64,000 nucleotides of DNA, taken from positions 160,001 through 224,000 of the forward strand of contig CAVSQW010000014.1 in assembly GCA_963730185.1 (NCBI GenBank), given 5' to 3'. Shown piece after piece: positions 1 through 9,140 of this stretch (position 1 is the first letter of the stretch; each line of letters begins with the position of its first letter). The position numbers and the translations under genes are program-made. The stretch is from an uncultured Gemmatimonadales bacterium (GTDB lineage Bacteria; Gemmatimonadota; Gemmatimonadetes; Gemmatimonadales; GWC2-71-9). The notes under the pieces were generated by a model. That model was not told where the DNA came from and did no database searches. It worked only from the letters and a program-made list of their open reading frames with translations.

Positions 1-66
1 CACGGGTTCGATGGCAACGGACCCGACCACGACCTTGGTGGCCCCCTCTTGCGCGGGCCTCCGGGA

Positions 67-102
67 CTATACATTGTATAGCATGTGCTATACAGTGTAT
101 AT
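67..102. promoter_or_regulatory. Tandem palindromic operators upstream of TetR gene
   Basis: CTATACA-T-TGTATAG (67-81) and CTATACA-G-TGTATAT (88-102), 21 bp apart, directly before ATG 109. Confidence 0.8.
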
Positions 103-108
103 GTTGCC

Positions 109-714
109 ATGATTCGCTCGACCGACGCCGCCCTGCTGGCCGCCGCGGAACGGATTTACGCCCGGGCAGGCCGCAAGGGGCTGACCATGCGCCGCCTTGC
201 CAAGCAGGTCGGGCTCACGCCGATGGCGGTGTATCACCATTTCCATGACAAGGACGCCCTGGTCGACGCGATCGCGGTGGCCGGGTTCGCCAGGCTGGAG
301 GCATCGATGGCCGACGCCCGGGATCCCGCCCGTGCACCGGTCGAGCGGATCCGGCTGATTCTTCATCGGTACGCCGAGTTCGCCGAGGCCGAGCCGGCGG
401 TGTTCGGCCTGATGTTCTCCCGGAGGAACCGGGGCGAGGAGCGGTTCCCCGGGTACTTCGCCGAGGGCACGTCGCCGACCTTCGACCTGCTCCGGGCGGC
501 CGTGATCGAGGGCATGCGGCTCGGCGCGCTCCGGCCCGCCGATGCGACCGAGTCGGCTCTGACCTTGTGGTCGCAGGTCCACGGACTGGTCGTCCTCCGC
601 ACCACCGGGTTCTTCGAGGGAGGCAAGGCGTTTCGCGGGATCGTCGACCGGAGCATCGGCCGGCTCCTCGAGGGTATGGCGCCGGGCCGCGCCACCCGCT
701 CGGGCCGCCGATGA
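109..714 (+). CDS. TetR/AcrR family transcriptional regulator (WHG-type C-terminus)
   Basis: N-terminal HTH LTMRRLAKQVGLTPMAVYHHF; C-terminal LWSQVHGL; ATG 109 preferred over GTG 85, which lies in the operator. Confidence 0.9.
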   Translation: MIRSTDAALLAAAERIYARAGRKGLTMRRLAKQVGLTPMAVYHHFHDKDALVDAIAVAGFARLEASMADARDPARAPVERIRLILHRYAEFAEAEPAVFGLMFSRRNRGEERFPGYFAEGTSPTFDLLRAAVIEGMRLGALRPADATESALTLWSQVHGLVVLRTTGFFEGGKAFRGIVDRSIGRLLEGMAPGRATRSGRR

Positions 715-1304
715 AGTCCATCGTGGTGCTGCTTCGTGACGGTTGGGCCGATTGGGAGGCCGGCTACCTCCTCGGCGCCGCGGGATACTTCGTCGGCGTG
801 CCGGTGAGGATCGCCACGCCGAACGCGGCGCCCGTGCGATCCACCGGCGGTCTCCGAGCCTCCGCCGACGCGGCCTTCCGGGATGTGGTTCCCGCCGACT
901 ATTCCGCGATCGCCCTGATCGGCGGGCCCGGCTGGTCGGAGCCGGACGCCGCCGTCCTCGAGTTGCTCGCGGCCGCGGCGAAGGTCGGGATCCCGATCGG
1001 CGGAATTTGCGCGGCCACCATCCCGCTGGCCCGCGCCGGCCTTCTCGATCGCCGAAGCCACACGAGCAACGGCGTCGGCTACCTGGAAGGGCATGTCCCC
1101 GAGTACCTCGGCGCCCGGCAGTACCTCGACAGCGCCGCCGCGGTCGCCGATCAGGGCGTGGTCACGGCGCCCGGCACGGCCCCGAGCACGTTCGCGGTCG
1201 GCGTGCTCCGGATGGCCGCGCCCGGCTCGGCGGCGGTGCTCGATCAGCTGTTGACCCAGTCCGCCCGCGAGCACCGCCCGGGGGCCGAGCGGTCGGGTGA
1301 CTGA
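711..1304 (+). CDS. DJ-1/PfpI family protein
   Basis: ADWEAGY, LIGG and GGICAA nucleophile-elbow motifs; ATGA overlap with the TetR stop. Confidence 0.88.
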   Translation: MKSIVVLLRDGWADWEAGYLLGAAGYFVGVPVRIATPNAAPVRSTGGLRASADAAFRDVVPADYSAIALIGGPGWSEPDAAVLELLAAAAKVGIPIGGICAATIPLARAGLLDRRSHTSNGVGYLEGHVPEYLGARQYLDSAAAVADQGVVTAPGTAPSTFAVGVLRMAAPGSAAVLDQLLTQSAREHRPGAERSGD

Positions 1305-3384
1305 CTCCGGCCGAAGCATCTCTCCACGACAACTTCATTCTTTCTTAACGGACCGGTCGGTAGTGATTGTGGACGTACCGAGATTCCCTCCCCGCGGCAC
1401 GGTACGCCGCCTTCTCGATCCGAGGGCTCCACCGACGCCGTCAGCACAGCGATCACCTCGCGCGCGCCGGGTCCTGCTCACCAGCGTCTGTCGTCCCCTG
1501 GGGATCCGCCACGGCGACTCCCCGAGCGTGGGCTACGAGCTGCTCCACGAACAGGTGACCCGCGCCCAGGGGCTGTTCAGTCCCCGCTCCCACCATGTCC
1601 AGTTCTCGCTGGAGTACATCGCCGAGAACCTCGAAGCGCCTACCGCGGTGCTTCAGTACCCCTCCCGCCGGGAGCTCGTTCGCGAGCTCAGGCGGGGGTA
1701 CGACGTCGTCGGGATCTCGTTCGTGTTGGCCACCTACCACCGGATGAAAGAGGCGGTCGCCCTGGTGCGGAAGCATTCGCCGGGGTCGGAGATCGTGCTG
1801 GGCGGGTACGGGACGGTGGCCCCCGACGAGATGCTCAGTCCCTACGGCGACCGGATCTGTCGGGAGGAAGGCGTCGGCTTCATGCGCCGACTCCTGGGTG
1901 AACCGGAAATCGAGAAACCGTACCGCCACCCGCTGATCATCAATCCCTTGTGGGTCTTCGGGAAGGAGGCGTCCCGGACCGGCATCGTCTTCGGCGGGCT
2001 CGGCTGTCCCAACGGGTGCGATTTCTGCTGCACCTCGCACTTCTTCAAGCGGAAGCACATTCGCCTCCTGCCCACCGGCGCCGACCTCTACCAGGTGATC
2101 GAGCGCTACCTCGAGGTCGACCCTCAGCTCAACATCCTGATCCTGGACGAGGACTTTCTCCTCAACCGGCGCCGGGCCATGGAGTTTCGGGACTGCGTGC
2201 TCCGGGCCGGAAGGCCGCTCTCCATCTTCGTGTTCGCCAGCGTGCGGGCGCTGAGCCAGTACACGGTGACCGAGATCCTGGAGATGGGGATCGACGGGAT
2301 GTGGATCGGGTACGAGGGAACCCGGTCGGGCTACGGCAAGCTGTCCGGCCGGCCGGTCGAGGAGATCTTCGACGAGTTCCGCCGGCACGGCATCACCATC
2401 CTGGCCTCCATGATCGTGGGCTTCCCGTACCAGACGCCGGAGATCATCGAAGAGGAGCTCGCCGGCCTGCTCGCTCTCCGGCCGGTGCTCTCCCAGTTCC
2501 TGATCTACGGTCCCTGTCCCGGCACGCCGTTCTACGAGCAGGTGGTCCGGGAAGGGAAGCTCCGTCCGGAGGTGGCCGACGATCGGGAGCTGTTCTATCG
2601 TCGAGGCAGCGGGTTCTACGCCATGGTCACCCATCCGTCGATGACCTCCGGTCAGATCGAGGCGGCCCAACAACGGTGTTACGAGGAGGATTTCCGGAGG
2701 CTGGGGCCGGTCCTGCACCGATCGGTCGAACGGTGGCTCGAGGGGTATCTCGCCATGCGCGAGTCGCCGAGTGCGTTCCTCCGCGCCAAGGCCGAGCGCA
2801 TCGCGACCAACCTCCGGAAGGCCTATCCTCTGTTCTTGACCGGCCGCCTGTTGGGACCGTCGGCCCCGGTCCGCGGTTGGATCGGGGAGCTCCAGGGGCG
2901 ACTCCACGCCGCGCTGGGGCGTCCCACCTGGCAGGAACGTCTCCTGTCGGTCGCGGCCGTGGGCTTGGCCGGCTGGACCGGTCTGACCCTCCGGTTGGGC
3001 TGGTTCCAGGATCCGCCGCTGGTGAGGCACACATTCAGAATGGCGGATGCCCGCCCCGGCCGGGTCTGGGCGCGCTTGCGCCGGAGAGACCCCGCGGGGC
3101 CGTCGGTTCAGGTGGAGCGCCGCCCCGCCTCGACCGTATGGGTGTTCCTGGAGGGGCAGCTCACCACCGCGGCCGCCGGCCGGTTCGTCAAGGATCTGGG
3201 GGCGGCCCTGGCGCGTCGAAGGGATCGGGTCGTGCTGGATCTCGCTCGTCTGGCTCGCCTGGAAGACGGCGCGGTGGGGGAGCTGGTTGCCGGGCTCCGA
3301 GCCTATCAGGATCGGATCCGGATCATTCTCCCCCGGGTAGGGGAAGTCGCCCCCCTCGCGGCGTTGTTTCCCGTCTACCGGTAG
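1297..3384 (+). CDS. B12-binding radical SAM protein with C-terminal STAS-like domain
   Basis: CPNGCDFC (CxxxCxxC); upstream YDVVGISF...IVLGGY B12-binding-like fold; tail VFLEGQL...RVVLDLARLARLE. True start may be GTG 1369. Confidence 0.85.
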   Translation: MTDSGRSISPRQLHSFLTDRSVVIVDVPRFPPRGTVRRLLDPRAPPTPSAQRSPRARRVLLTSVCRPLGIRHGDSPSVGYELLHEQVTRAQGLFSPRSHHVQFSLEYIAENLEAPTAVLQYPSRRELVRELRRGYDVVGISFVLATYHRMKEAVALVRKHSPGSEIVLGGYGTVAPDEMLSPYGDRICREEGVGFMRRLLGEPEIEKPYRHPLIINPLWVFGKEASRTGIVFGGLGCPNGCDFCCTSHFFKRKHIRLLPTGADLYQVIERYLEVDPQLNILILDEDFLLNRRRAMEFRDCVLRAGRPLSIFVFASVRALSQYTVTEILEMGIDGMWIGYEGTRSGYGKLSGRPVEEIFDEFRRHGITILASMIVGFPYQTPEIIEEELAGLLALRPVLSQFLIYGPCPGTPFYEQVVREGKLRPEVADDRELFYRRGSGFYAMVTHPSMTSGQIEAAQQRCYEEDFRRLGPVLHRSVERWLEGYLAMRESPSAFLRAKAERIATNLRKAYPLFLTGRLLGPSAPVRGWIGELQGRLHAALGRPTWQERLLSVAAVGLAGWTGLTLRLGWFQDPPLVRHTFRMADARPGRVWARLRRRDPAGPSVQVERRPASTVWVFLEGQLTTAAAGRFVKDLGAALARRRDRVVLDLARLARLEDGAVGELVAGLRAYQDRIRIILPRVGEVAPLAALFPVYR

Positions 3385-3433
3385 TCTCGCGCCGCGGTCG
3401 CCGTCCTCATCGGCGCCAACTGTCACTGGGGCG

Positions 3434-3518
3434 GCCTAACGACTGAGCGTTGCCTCGCGGCCGCGTCTTCCGAGTCAGAGTGCCCGCGCGCCCGTACAGC
3501 GCAACGTCTGGGTTAGAC
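3434..3518 (-). mobile_element. attC-like integron recombination site (intact)
   Basis: Minus strand GTCTAAC (contains stop of upstream gene) ... CGTTGC/GCAACG inner inverted repeat ... GTTAGGC; 85 bp. Confidence 0.7.
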
Positions 3519-4033
3519 CACACCGGCGCAGCGAAGCCGGGCGAGCGTCCGTTCGGGAGTCTCGTCCGACGTGTCAAGGAACGCGTCGGGGGGAAACGCA
3601 CGGCCGCTGAACTTGGCTCGCAGGCTCGCCACTCTTGCCGGCCCGGCATGCCAGCCAGGGCGCTGGGCATCGCGGGCGATCGCGATCTCGAGTCTGGGAT
3701 GCAGCACCCGGAGAGTCCAGGGGATTTGGCGAGCGGCGAAGAAGCTCTGATACTCCCGGAACGAATCAGGGGGGACTCGTGGACGGTGGCGTCGATGACG
3801 ACATTGAGTCCGGCGGCACAGGCGGTCGCAATCTCGGCGAATATCGCCTCGTGAACGGCCGCCCGCTTGGTGCGGTGACGCGCGGTGCCCAATCCGCCTC
3901 GATTACGTCCAAACAGGCGAGACCACGCATCGTCTTCGCAGAAACGAACCCAACCTGGCCACTCGCCAATCGCGGCCGCTATCGTGCTCTTGCCGCTGCC
4001 GCAGGTGCCGGTTAGTAGGAGCGCATGTGGCAT
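3513..4033 (-). pseudogene. AAA_33-type P-loop kinase, frameshifted
   Basis: Walker A GTCGSGKS and VVIDAT; frame break at G6 run 3769-3774; adding one base joins it to ORF 3513..3707 (LDTSDETPE). Confidence 0.75.
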
Positions 4034-4050
4034 GAGGAGCGGTATGGGGG

Positions 4051-4245
4051 TTATCCGACGGCACTGTGCTCTCTCGGCGAGGGCGTGGGGCGCGTTGGTC
4101 GGCGGGGTGGTGTGTCCTGGTGACTCATCTCCCGGTGCGTCGCGTGCCCTGGCTCGCCAGTCCGTGCGGCGAGCCAAGCCCCGACGAGGTTCCCGAGGGA
4201 TAGGAGCCATGCGATTGGGATCCAGGCGCGTTGCTTGAACCACAT
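4051..4245 (-). CDS. Small membrane protein, possibly a truncated remnant
   Basis: RBS GGGGAGG; hydrophobic N-terminus MWFKQRAWIPIAWLLSLGNLVGAWLAA followed by low-complexity tail. Confidence 0.5.
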   Translation of the reverse strand: MWFKQRAWIPIAWLLSLGNLVGAWLAARTGEPGHATHREMSHQDTPPRRPTRPTPSPREHSAVG

Positions 4246-4326
4246 AGTGCCTCCCCTTGCAACGAACCACCCGAAGTATAGGGCACGACCTCTGCTAGAT
4301 GGCCAACGAGGTCGGGACCGGGCCGG

Positions 4327-4719
4327 TCAGTCGCCAGCCGGTTTGAGCTCCACGCTGATCACCCGGATCTCGGCCGTGCCGACGTTCTCGAGGGAATGCG
4401 GTGGCAACGGCGGAGACCAGAGCGCGGGTGGCGGCCCGGACGTCTTTGCTGGGGCGCTGCCGTCCGCCGTGATCTCGCCGGCCGCATCGCGCCGCAGAAA
4501 GGCGCTCCAGCTCAGGACATAGAGGACGCTCGGCCAGCGATGGGTATGAACGGCCGTGCGGCCGCCGACTGGAATCCGCGTTTCGAGCACCCGGACCGAT
4601 TCGTTTTCCAACAACAGGGTGTGGTGCTCGGGGGCCGCGGCGAGCGCATCGAGCCCGTCCGGCCAGGGCCATGCCGCGGTCGGGGCGTCGCTAGGCTGGG
4701 AGGTCTTCGGATCGGGCAT
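4327..4719 (-). CDS. Cupin domain protein
   Basis: LLLENESVRVL, HTH..P and PHSLENVG cupin motifs. Confidence 0.85.
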   Translation of the reverse strand: MPDPKTSQPSDAPTAAWPWPDGLDALAAAPEHHTLLLENESVRVLETRIPVGGRTAVHTHRWPSVLYVLSWSAFLRRDAAGEITADGSAPAKTSGPPPALWSPPLPPHSLENVGTAEIRVISVELKPAGD

Positions 4720-4768
4720 CGCGCGCCTTTCGCAGCGGACCGGCAGGTGCCAGAGCGTATTGGGCCGC

Positions 4769-6178
4769 TCATTCGTGGATCAGCAACGAGGACCGATCGA
4801 TGATCTCTCCCCCTTGAACGACGACTTCAAGGGTCCGCGTGTTCCGGATGTCCTCCAGCGGGTCACTTCCCAGGATGAGCAGATCCGCGCGCTTACCCGG
4901 CTCCACCGTGCCAAGGGTATCTCCGGCGCCAACCATCTCGGCGGCCCGACGCGTTGCCGAAACCAGGGCCTCCATGGGGGTGAGTCCCGCCTCCACCATC
5001 AGTTCCAATTCCTCGTGCATGCTGTAGCCCGGAAAGACAAACGGGTTGCCCGTGTCGGAACCGCCCACGATGGGTACGCCGGCGTCGTGGGCCGACTTGA
5101 GCGCCCGGAGCAGACCTCGACGCCATGCCCAGTCGTCCCGGGAAGGGGGCTCCTTCGGCGCCAATCGGGAGTCGACCAGGCTCTGGATGACCCGTGCCTC
5201 CACCCCGCTTCTCAGAAACGGGTCCGTTAGGATCTGGGACGGCGCACCCCACGTTCCGGCCCAGATGAACAGAGAAAGCGTCGGGACACAGTACACGCCC
5301 TCCTTCGCCATGACCGCGAGGAGCTTCCCGCTGGGAGCCTCAGGATCGTCGACGAGGTGCATGACCCCGCGAACATGGTGTGCGGTGGCTTCCTCCAACT
5401 CATCGAGCGAGGTGGCGTGTGCGAAGACGGGCAGGCCATGCAGCGTCGCTTCGTCCACCGCGGCCGAGACCAGCTCCGGCGGCATCTGAGGATGGTTGTC
5501 GCCGAATACCGCCGGTCCCGACTCGATCACGATCTTGATCCCGTCCATCCCGGCGGCCGCCAGGCGCCTGACAGTCTGGCGGACTTCGTCCGGGGTCCGG
5601 ACGACCCAGACGCCCCGTCGCGACCAATCGTAGGTGGCGGAGTCAGCTCCTTCCGGCAGACTCATGATGGTAGCAATGGGATGGCTTCCCGGTACCGTGA
5701 GCAAGCCACCCGTCGCATAGATCCGAGGTCCCGGCAGGCGACCCTCGGCTTGAAGCCCTCGCAGGTGAAGCACATCGTCGAGGCTGCCGCCAGTTGCCCC
5801 GACATTGAAGATCGTGGTCACGCCGTAGAAGAGGAATTGCCGCAGTACCCTGTCAACCGTGAGCGAGTCGAAGGGAAGGAGCCCGCCAGTGCCGAAATGA
5901 ACGTGCATGTCGGCCAGGCCGGGAATGACGAACTTGCCGGTGGCGTCGATCAGGCGCGTCCCGTCGGGGACAACCGCCTTCTCGGCATCGACGACCCGGG
6001 CGATGAGGCCGTCCCGGATGAGAATGGTGACGTTCGCTCGTGGTGCCGCCCCTGTTCCGTCGATGAGCGTGGTATTGGCGATGGCGAGGTTCGCATTCTG
6101 CGCCAGGGTCGGCCGCGCTGGTCCCATCATCGTGGCCGCGACGAGGAAGGCTGATGTTCGGATCGTGACGCGTGTCAT
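4769..6178 (-). CDS. Secreted amidohydrolase family protein
   Basis: Signal peptide; PGLADMHVH, AHA, GSDTG, GKRADLLIL motifs. Confidence 0.9.
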   Translation of the reverse strand: MTRVTIRTSAFLVAATMMGPARPTLAQNANLAIANTTLIDGTGAAPRANVTILIRDGLIARVVDAEKAVVPDGTRLIDATGKFVIPGLADMHVHFGTGGLLPFDSLTVDRVLRQFLFYGVTTIFNVGATGGSLDDVLHLRGLQAEGRLPGPRIYATGGLLTVPGSHPIATIMSLPEGADSATYDWSRRGVWVVRTPDEVRQTVRRLAAAGMDGIKIVIESGPAVFGDNHPQMPPELVSAAVDEATLHGLPVFAHATSLDELEEATAHHVRGVMHLVDDPEAPSGKLLAVMAKEGVYCVPTLSLFIWAGTWGAPSQILTDPFLRSGVEARVIQSLVDSRLAPKEPPSRDDWAWRRGLLRALKSAHDAGVPIVGGSDTGNPFVFPGYSMHEELELMVEAGLTPMEALVSATRRAAEMVGAGDTLGTVEPGKRADLLILGSDPLEDIRNTRTLEVVVQGGEIIDRSSLLIHE

Positions 6179-6205
6179 CAGAGGTTCTCTGCGGTCTTGC
6201 GATCG

Positions 6206-6296
6206 GTCTAACGTCCTGGACGTCGGCTGCAGCCGCGCCGGATCGAACCTCGAGCGACGCCGCGGGCTGGCGCGCTGACGGAGCCTCAGATTAGCC
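6206..6296 (-). mobile_element. attC-like site (degenerate)
   Basis: Minus strand GGCTAAT ... CAGC-GCGCC/GGCGC-GGCTG ... GTTAGAC just upstream of the amidohydrolase start. Confidence 0.55.
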
Positions 6297-6353
6297 CCCA
6301 GGGTTTGCGGCAGCGTCTGTGTAGACTGCCCGCCGACTGCCCGTTTGGTGACA

Positions 6354-7901
6354 TCAGCGCCGAGCGGGCTGTCCCGGCTTCGGCGTGGTCTGAGCGATGA
6401 AGGCCCGGAGGTCGTCGTTGGCCCGGGCCAGGTCCTCATGGCGCAGGTACATCATGTGGCCCGACCGGTAACCCTTCCAGGTCATCCGGTCCTGGAACCG
6501 GCCGGCCGGGTCCATGTTCCACATGCTGTACTTCGCGTCGAAGTAGGGGGTGCCACCGTCGAAGTACCCCGACTGCACCATCAGGTGGAGATAGGGATTC
6601 TCGGCCATCGCCTGCTGCAGTCCCTCGCCGGTATGCTCGCCCTGGCGGTTCCAGGGGTTCACCGGCCCGAAGAGCCAGTACTCGAGGTCGGTCTTCCAGC
6701 CCAGCACGTCGCGGAGGTAATAGTTGATCGCCGGGGCGAAGGCGTGGTTCCAGGAGGTGAGCGCCGGGTCGAAGTCCGGCGAGGCGCCGGCGTCTTCCCG
6801 GTCCAGGCCCTGATACCGCGAGTCGAGCCGCCCGACGGTGAGCCCGCGGCTCCGGAGCAGCTCCTTCCAGAAGAAGTTGGTCGGAATCAGCATCGCATGC
6901 TGCCGGACCACCCCCTCGGCGAGCCCGCTGTAGCGAGCATACTGCTTCACCAGCGCGTCGCGGGCGGCCGGGTCCAGCGAGCCGCCCCGGACCAGGCCGG
7001 GGATCAGCTGGTCGACCGTGAACTTCTCGACCTCGGGCAGGACCTGGTCGAGATCGCGGCCCTGGAGGTCGGCCGGGAGGGCCTTGTGGTACCAGGCGGT
7101 CGCCGCGTAGTAGGGCAGCTTGAGGCCGGCGTCGACCGGCCCGTCCCGGGCGATCCCGAGGTCCGTGGGCGAGACCAGGATCACCCCGTTGAAGTACATC
7201 CAGTGGGCGCCCTGGAGCTGCGCGACCAGGCCGGCCACCCGGGTGGTGCCGTAGCTCTCGCCGATCAGGTACTTGGGGCTGGTCCAACGGCCCCGTCGCC
7301 CGACCCAGGCGTCGACCCACTTGGCCAGGTAATTGATGTCCTCGTTGACCCCGAAGAACTGCTCCCGCTTCTGGTCGCCGATGATCCGGGAAAAACCGGT
7401 GTTGACCGGGTCGACGTAGACGATGTCGGCCACGTCGAGGATCGAGCTGGGGTTGTCCTGCACGCCGTAGGGTTGGACCGGATAGCCCTCGTCGTCGATC
7501 CGGAGGATCTTGGGGCCGGTGTAGGCAATGTGCATCCAGAGCGAACCCGAGCCGGGCCCGCCGTTGAAGGAGATTACCAGCGGCCGGGTGCTCCTGTCGG
7601 TAACGTCGGAGCGCTGGTAGTAGACGAAGAACATCGTCGCGATCGGGAGGCCCTTGTCGTCCCAGACCGGCTGGTTGCCGAGGGTAACGTGGTACGGGAC
7701 CTTCTGGCCCTTGATGGTGGCGACCCCGTCGGTGGTGATGGTCGAGTCAGCGGGGAAGCGAACCGCCGCGCCGGTGTCGGCCTTCTGCATCGGGCGGCCG
7801 CTGGCGGTCGGCGGGGCGGCGGGCCGCTGGCCGGGGCGTTGGCCGGACAGCGGCAGGGCGAGGCCCGCCAGCGCGGCGAGGGCCAGGGTCGATCGAAGCA
7901 T
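6354..7901 (-). CDS. Peptidase S10 serine carboxypeptidase
   Basis: FNGGPGSGS, GESYG nucleophile, GHMMY; signal peptide. Confidence 0.93.
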   Translation of the reverse strand: MLRSTLALAALAGLALPLSGQRPGQRPAAPPTASGRPMQKADTGAAVRFPADSTITTDGVATIKGQKVPYHVTLGNQPVWDDKGLPIATMFFVYYQRSDVTDRSTRPLVISFNGGPGSGSLWMHIAYTGPKILRIDDEGYPVQPYGVQDNPSSILDVADIVYVDPVNTGFSRIIGDQKREQFFGVNEDINYLAKWVDAWVGRRGRWTSPKYLIGESYGTTRVAGLVAQLQGAHWMYFNGVILVSPTDLGIARDGPVDAGLKLPYYAATAWYHKALPADLQGRDLDQVLPEVEKFTVDQLIPGLVRGGSLDPAARDALVKQYARYSGLAEGVVRQHAMLIPTNFFWKELLRSRGLTVGRLDSRYQGLDREDAGASPDFDPALTSWNHAFAPAINYYLRDVLGWKTDLEYWLFGPVNPWNRQGEHTGEGLQQAMAENPYLHLMVQSGYFDGGTPYFDAKYSMWNMDPAGRFQDRMTWKGYRSGHMMYLRHEDLARANDDLRAFIAQTTPKPGQPARR

Positions 7902-8402
7902 GGGGTGTCCGGGGCGCATGATCGCTGATTCTACCGGCGAGGGAGGAGCGGAGCAACCGTGTGGCTGGCCGGTGGCCCCGTGGGCGAGGCGAAGCCCGGC
8001 CTCGACAGCTGCACCCTTCATTGAACAGGTCCGCCATCGCGACGGCCCGCACGGAGAGGCGACGGATCACAGCGGGCCCGCTGCTACTTGCGATCTGGTG
8101 CGGGGCCCGCTGGAAGACCAGCTCACTGAGCGCCGCGATGCCGCCGTCGGTGCCTGCTGACCCGTCAACCGAAGGCCGTCTCGTTCAGCAGCACGACCGA
8201 GGGGCGAGGCCGAACCGGGACCGGGGATGTCTCCCTCCACGCCGCTTCCGCACCTGGGGAACGCCTCGTGGGCCGGTCTCCCTCCCCCCGGCGTATTTCT
8301 GGTCAGCCTCGGCGGGGGTCGGGCTTGTCGGGCAAGAGGCCATCCGCCCCATCATGGGCCGGTGGCCACCCCTTGCTTCTCTCCGACCGCCGAGCGTACC
8401 GT

Positions 8403-9140
8403 ATGGGCATGCCCCAACTCGCCCACTCCTGGTCTCGAGACGAAGTGCTCGCCCTGCCGGACGACGGCAAGCGCTACGAGTTGGTCGACGGCGAGCTGCT
8501 GGTGAGCCCGAGTCCACGAGGGCTCCATCAGCGCGCGGTCCTGGAGCTGGTCCTTCGAGTCCAGCCATACGTCCGCACCCACCGGTTGGGCGGTCTCTTG
8601 ATCGCCCCGGCCGACCTCGACCTTCGGTCGGGGCAGCTGGTCCAACCGGACGTGTTCGTGGGCCGGATGGTGGGCGGCCGCGAGCCCGTCGAATGGAGTG
8701 AATTCGGGATCCCGATTCTGGTCGCCGAGGTGCTCTCGCCCTCCACCGCGCGCTACGACCGGGTCACCAAGCGCAGGCTGTACCAGCGATCCGGGGTCGA
8801 GACCTATTGGGTCGTGGACGTCGATGCCCGAGTCGTGGAGGCCTGGACACCGGGGGCGGAGCGGCCGGAGCTGGTCGACCGGACCCTTGGCTGGCGCCCG
8901 GATCCGTCGGTCGAGCCGATCGAGATCGATCTCACCGAGTACTTCGGAGCCGTCCGGTCGGAGGAGCTGCGCTCGTGGATTCGCCGGCGAGCCCTGGCAT
9001 CGGTCCGTGTCCCTGTCGGTCCGTCGCTCAGAAGAACGCGCTCACCGCCGCGTAGCCGAGGACCGGTAGCGACCCATACTCCGACCCCGGCCCCGCCAGC
9101 GTCGTCCCCCGGCCGGCCCCGACGAATGCCCCCAGTCTGA
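8403..9140 (+). CDS. Uma2 (DUF820) family endonuclease-like protein
   Basis: RYELVDGEL, HQ, VQPDV, EVLSPST..YD...K...Y...GV..YW motifs; last ~55 aa overlap the convergent gene and look non-conserved. Confidence 0.88.
   Translation: MGMPQLAHSWSRDEVLALPDDGKRYELVDGELLVSPSPRGLHQRAVLELVLRVQPYVRTHRLGGLLIAPADLDLRSGQLVQPDVFVGRMVGGREPVEWSEFGIPILVAEVLSPSTARYDRVTKRRLYQRSGVETYWVVDVDARVVEAWTPGAERPELVDRTLGWRPDPSVEPIEIDLTEYFGAVRSEELRSWIRRRALASVRVPVGPSLRRTRSPPRSRGPVATHTPTPAPPASSPGRPRRMPPV

Noticed and set aside
8403..9140. Uma2 gene as a restriction or defence system
   Set aside because: Stand-alone DUF820 genes are common, and no methylase or partner gene is adjacent.
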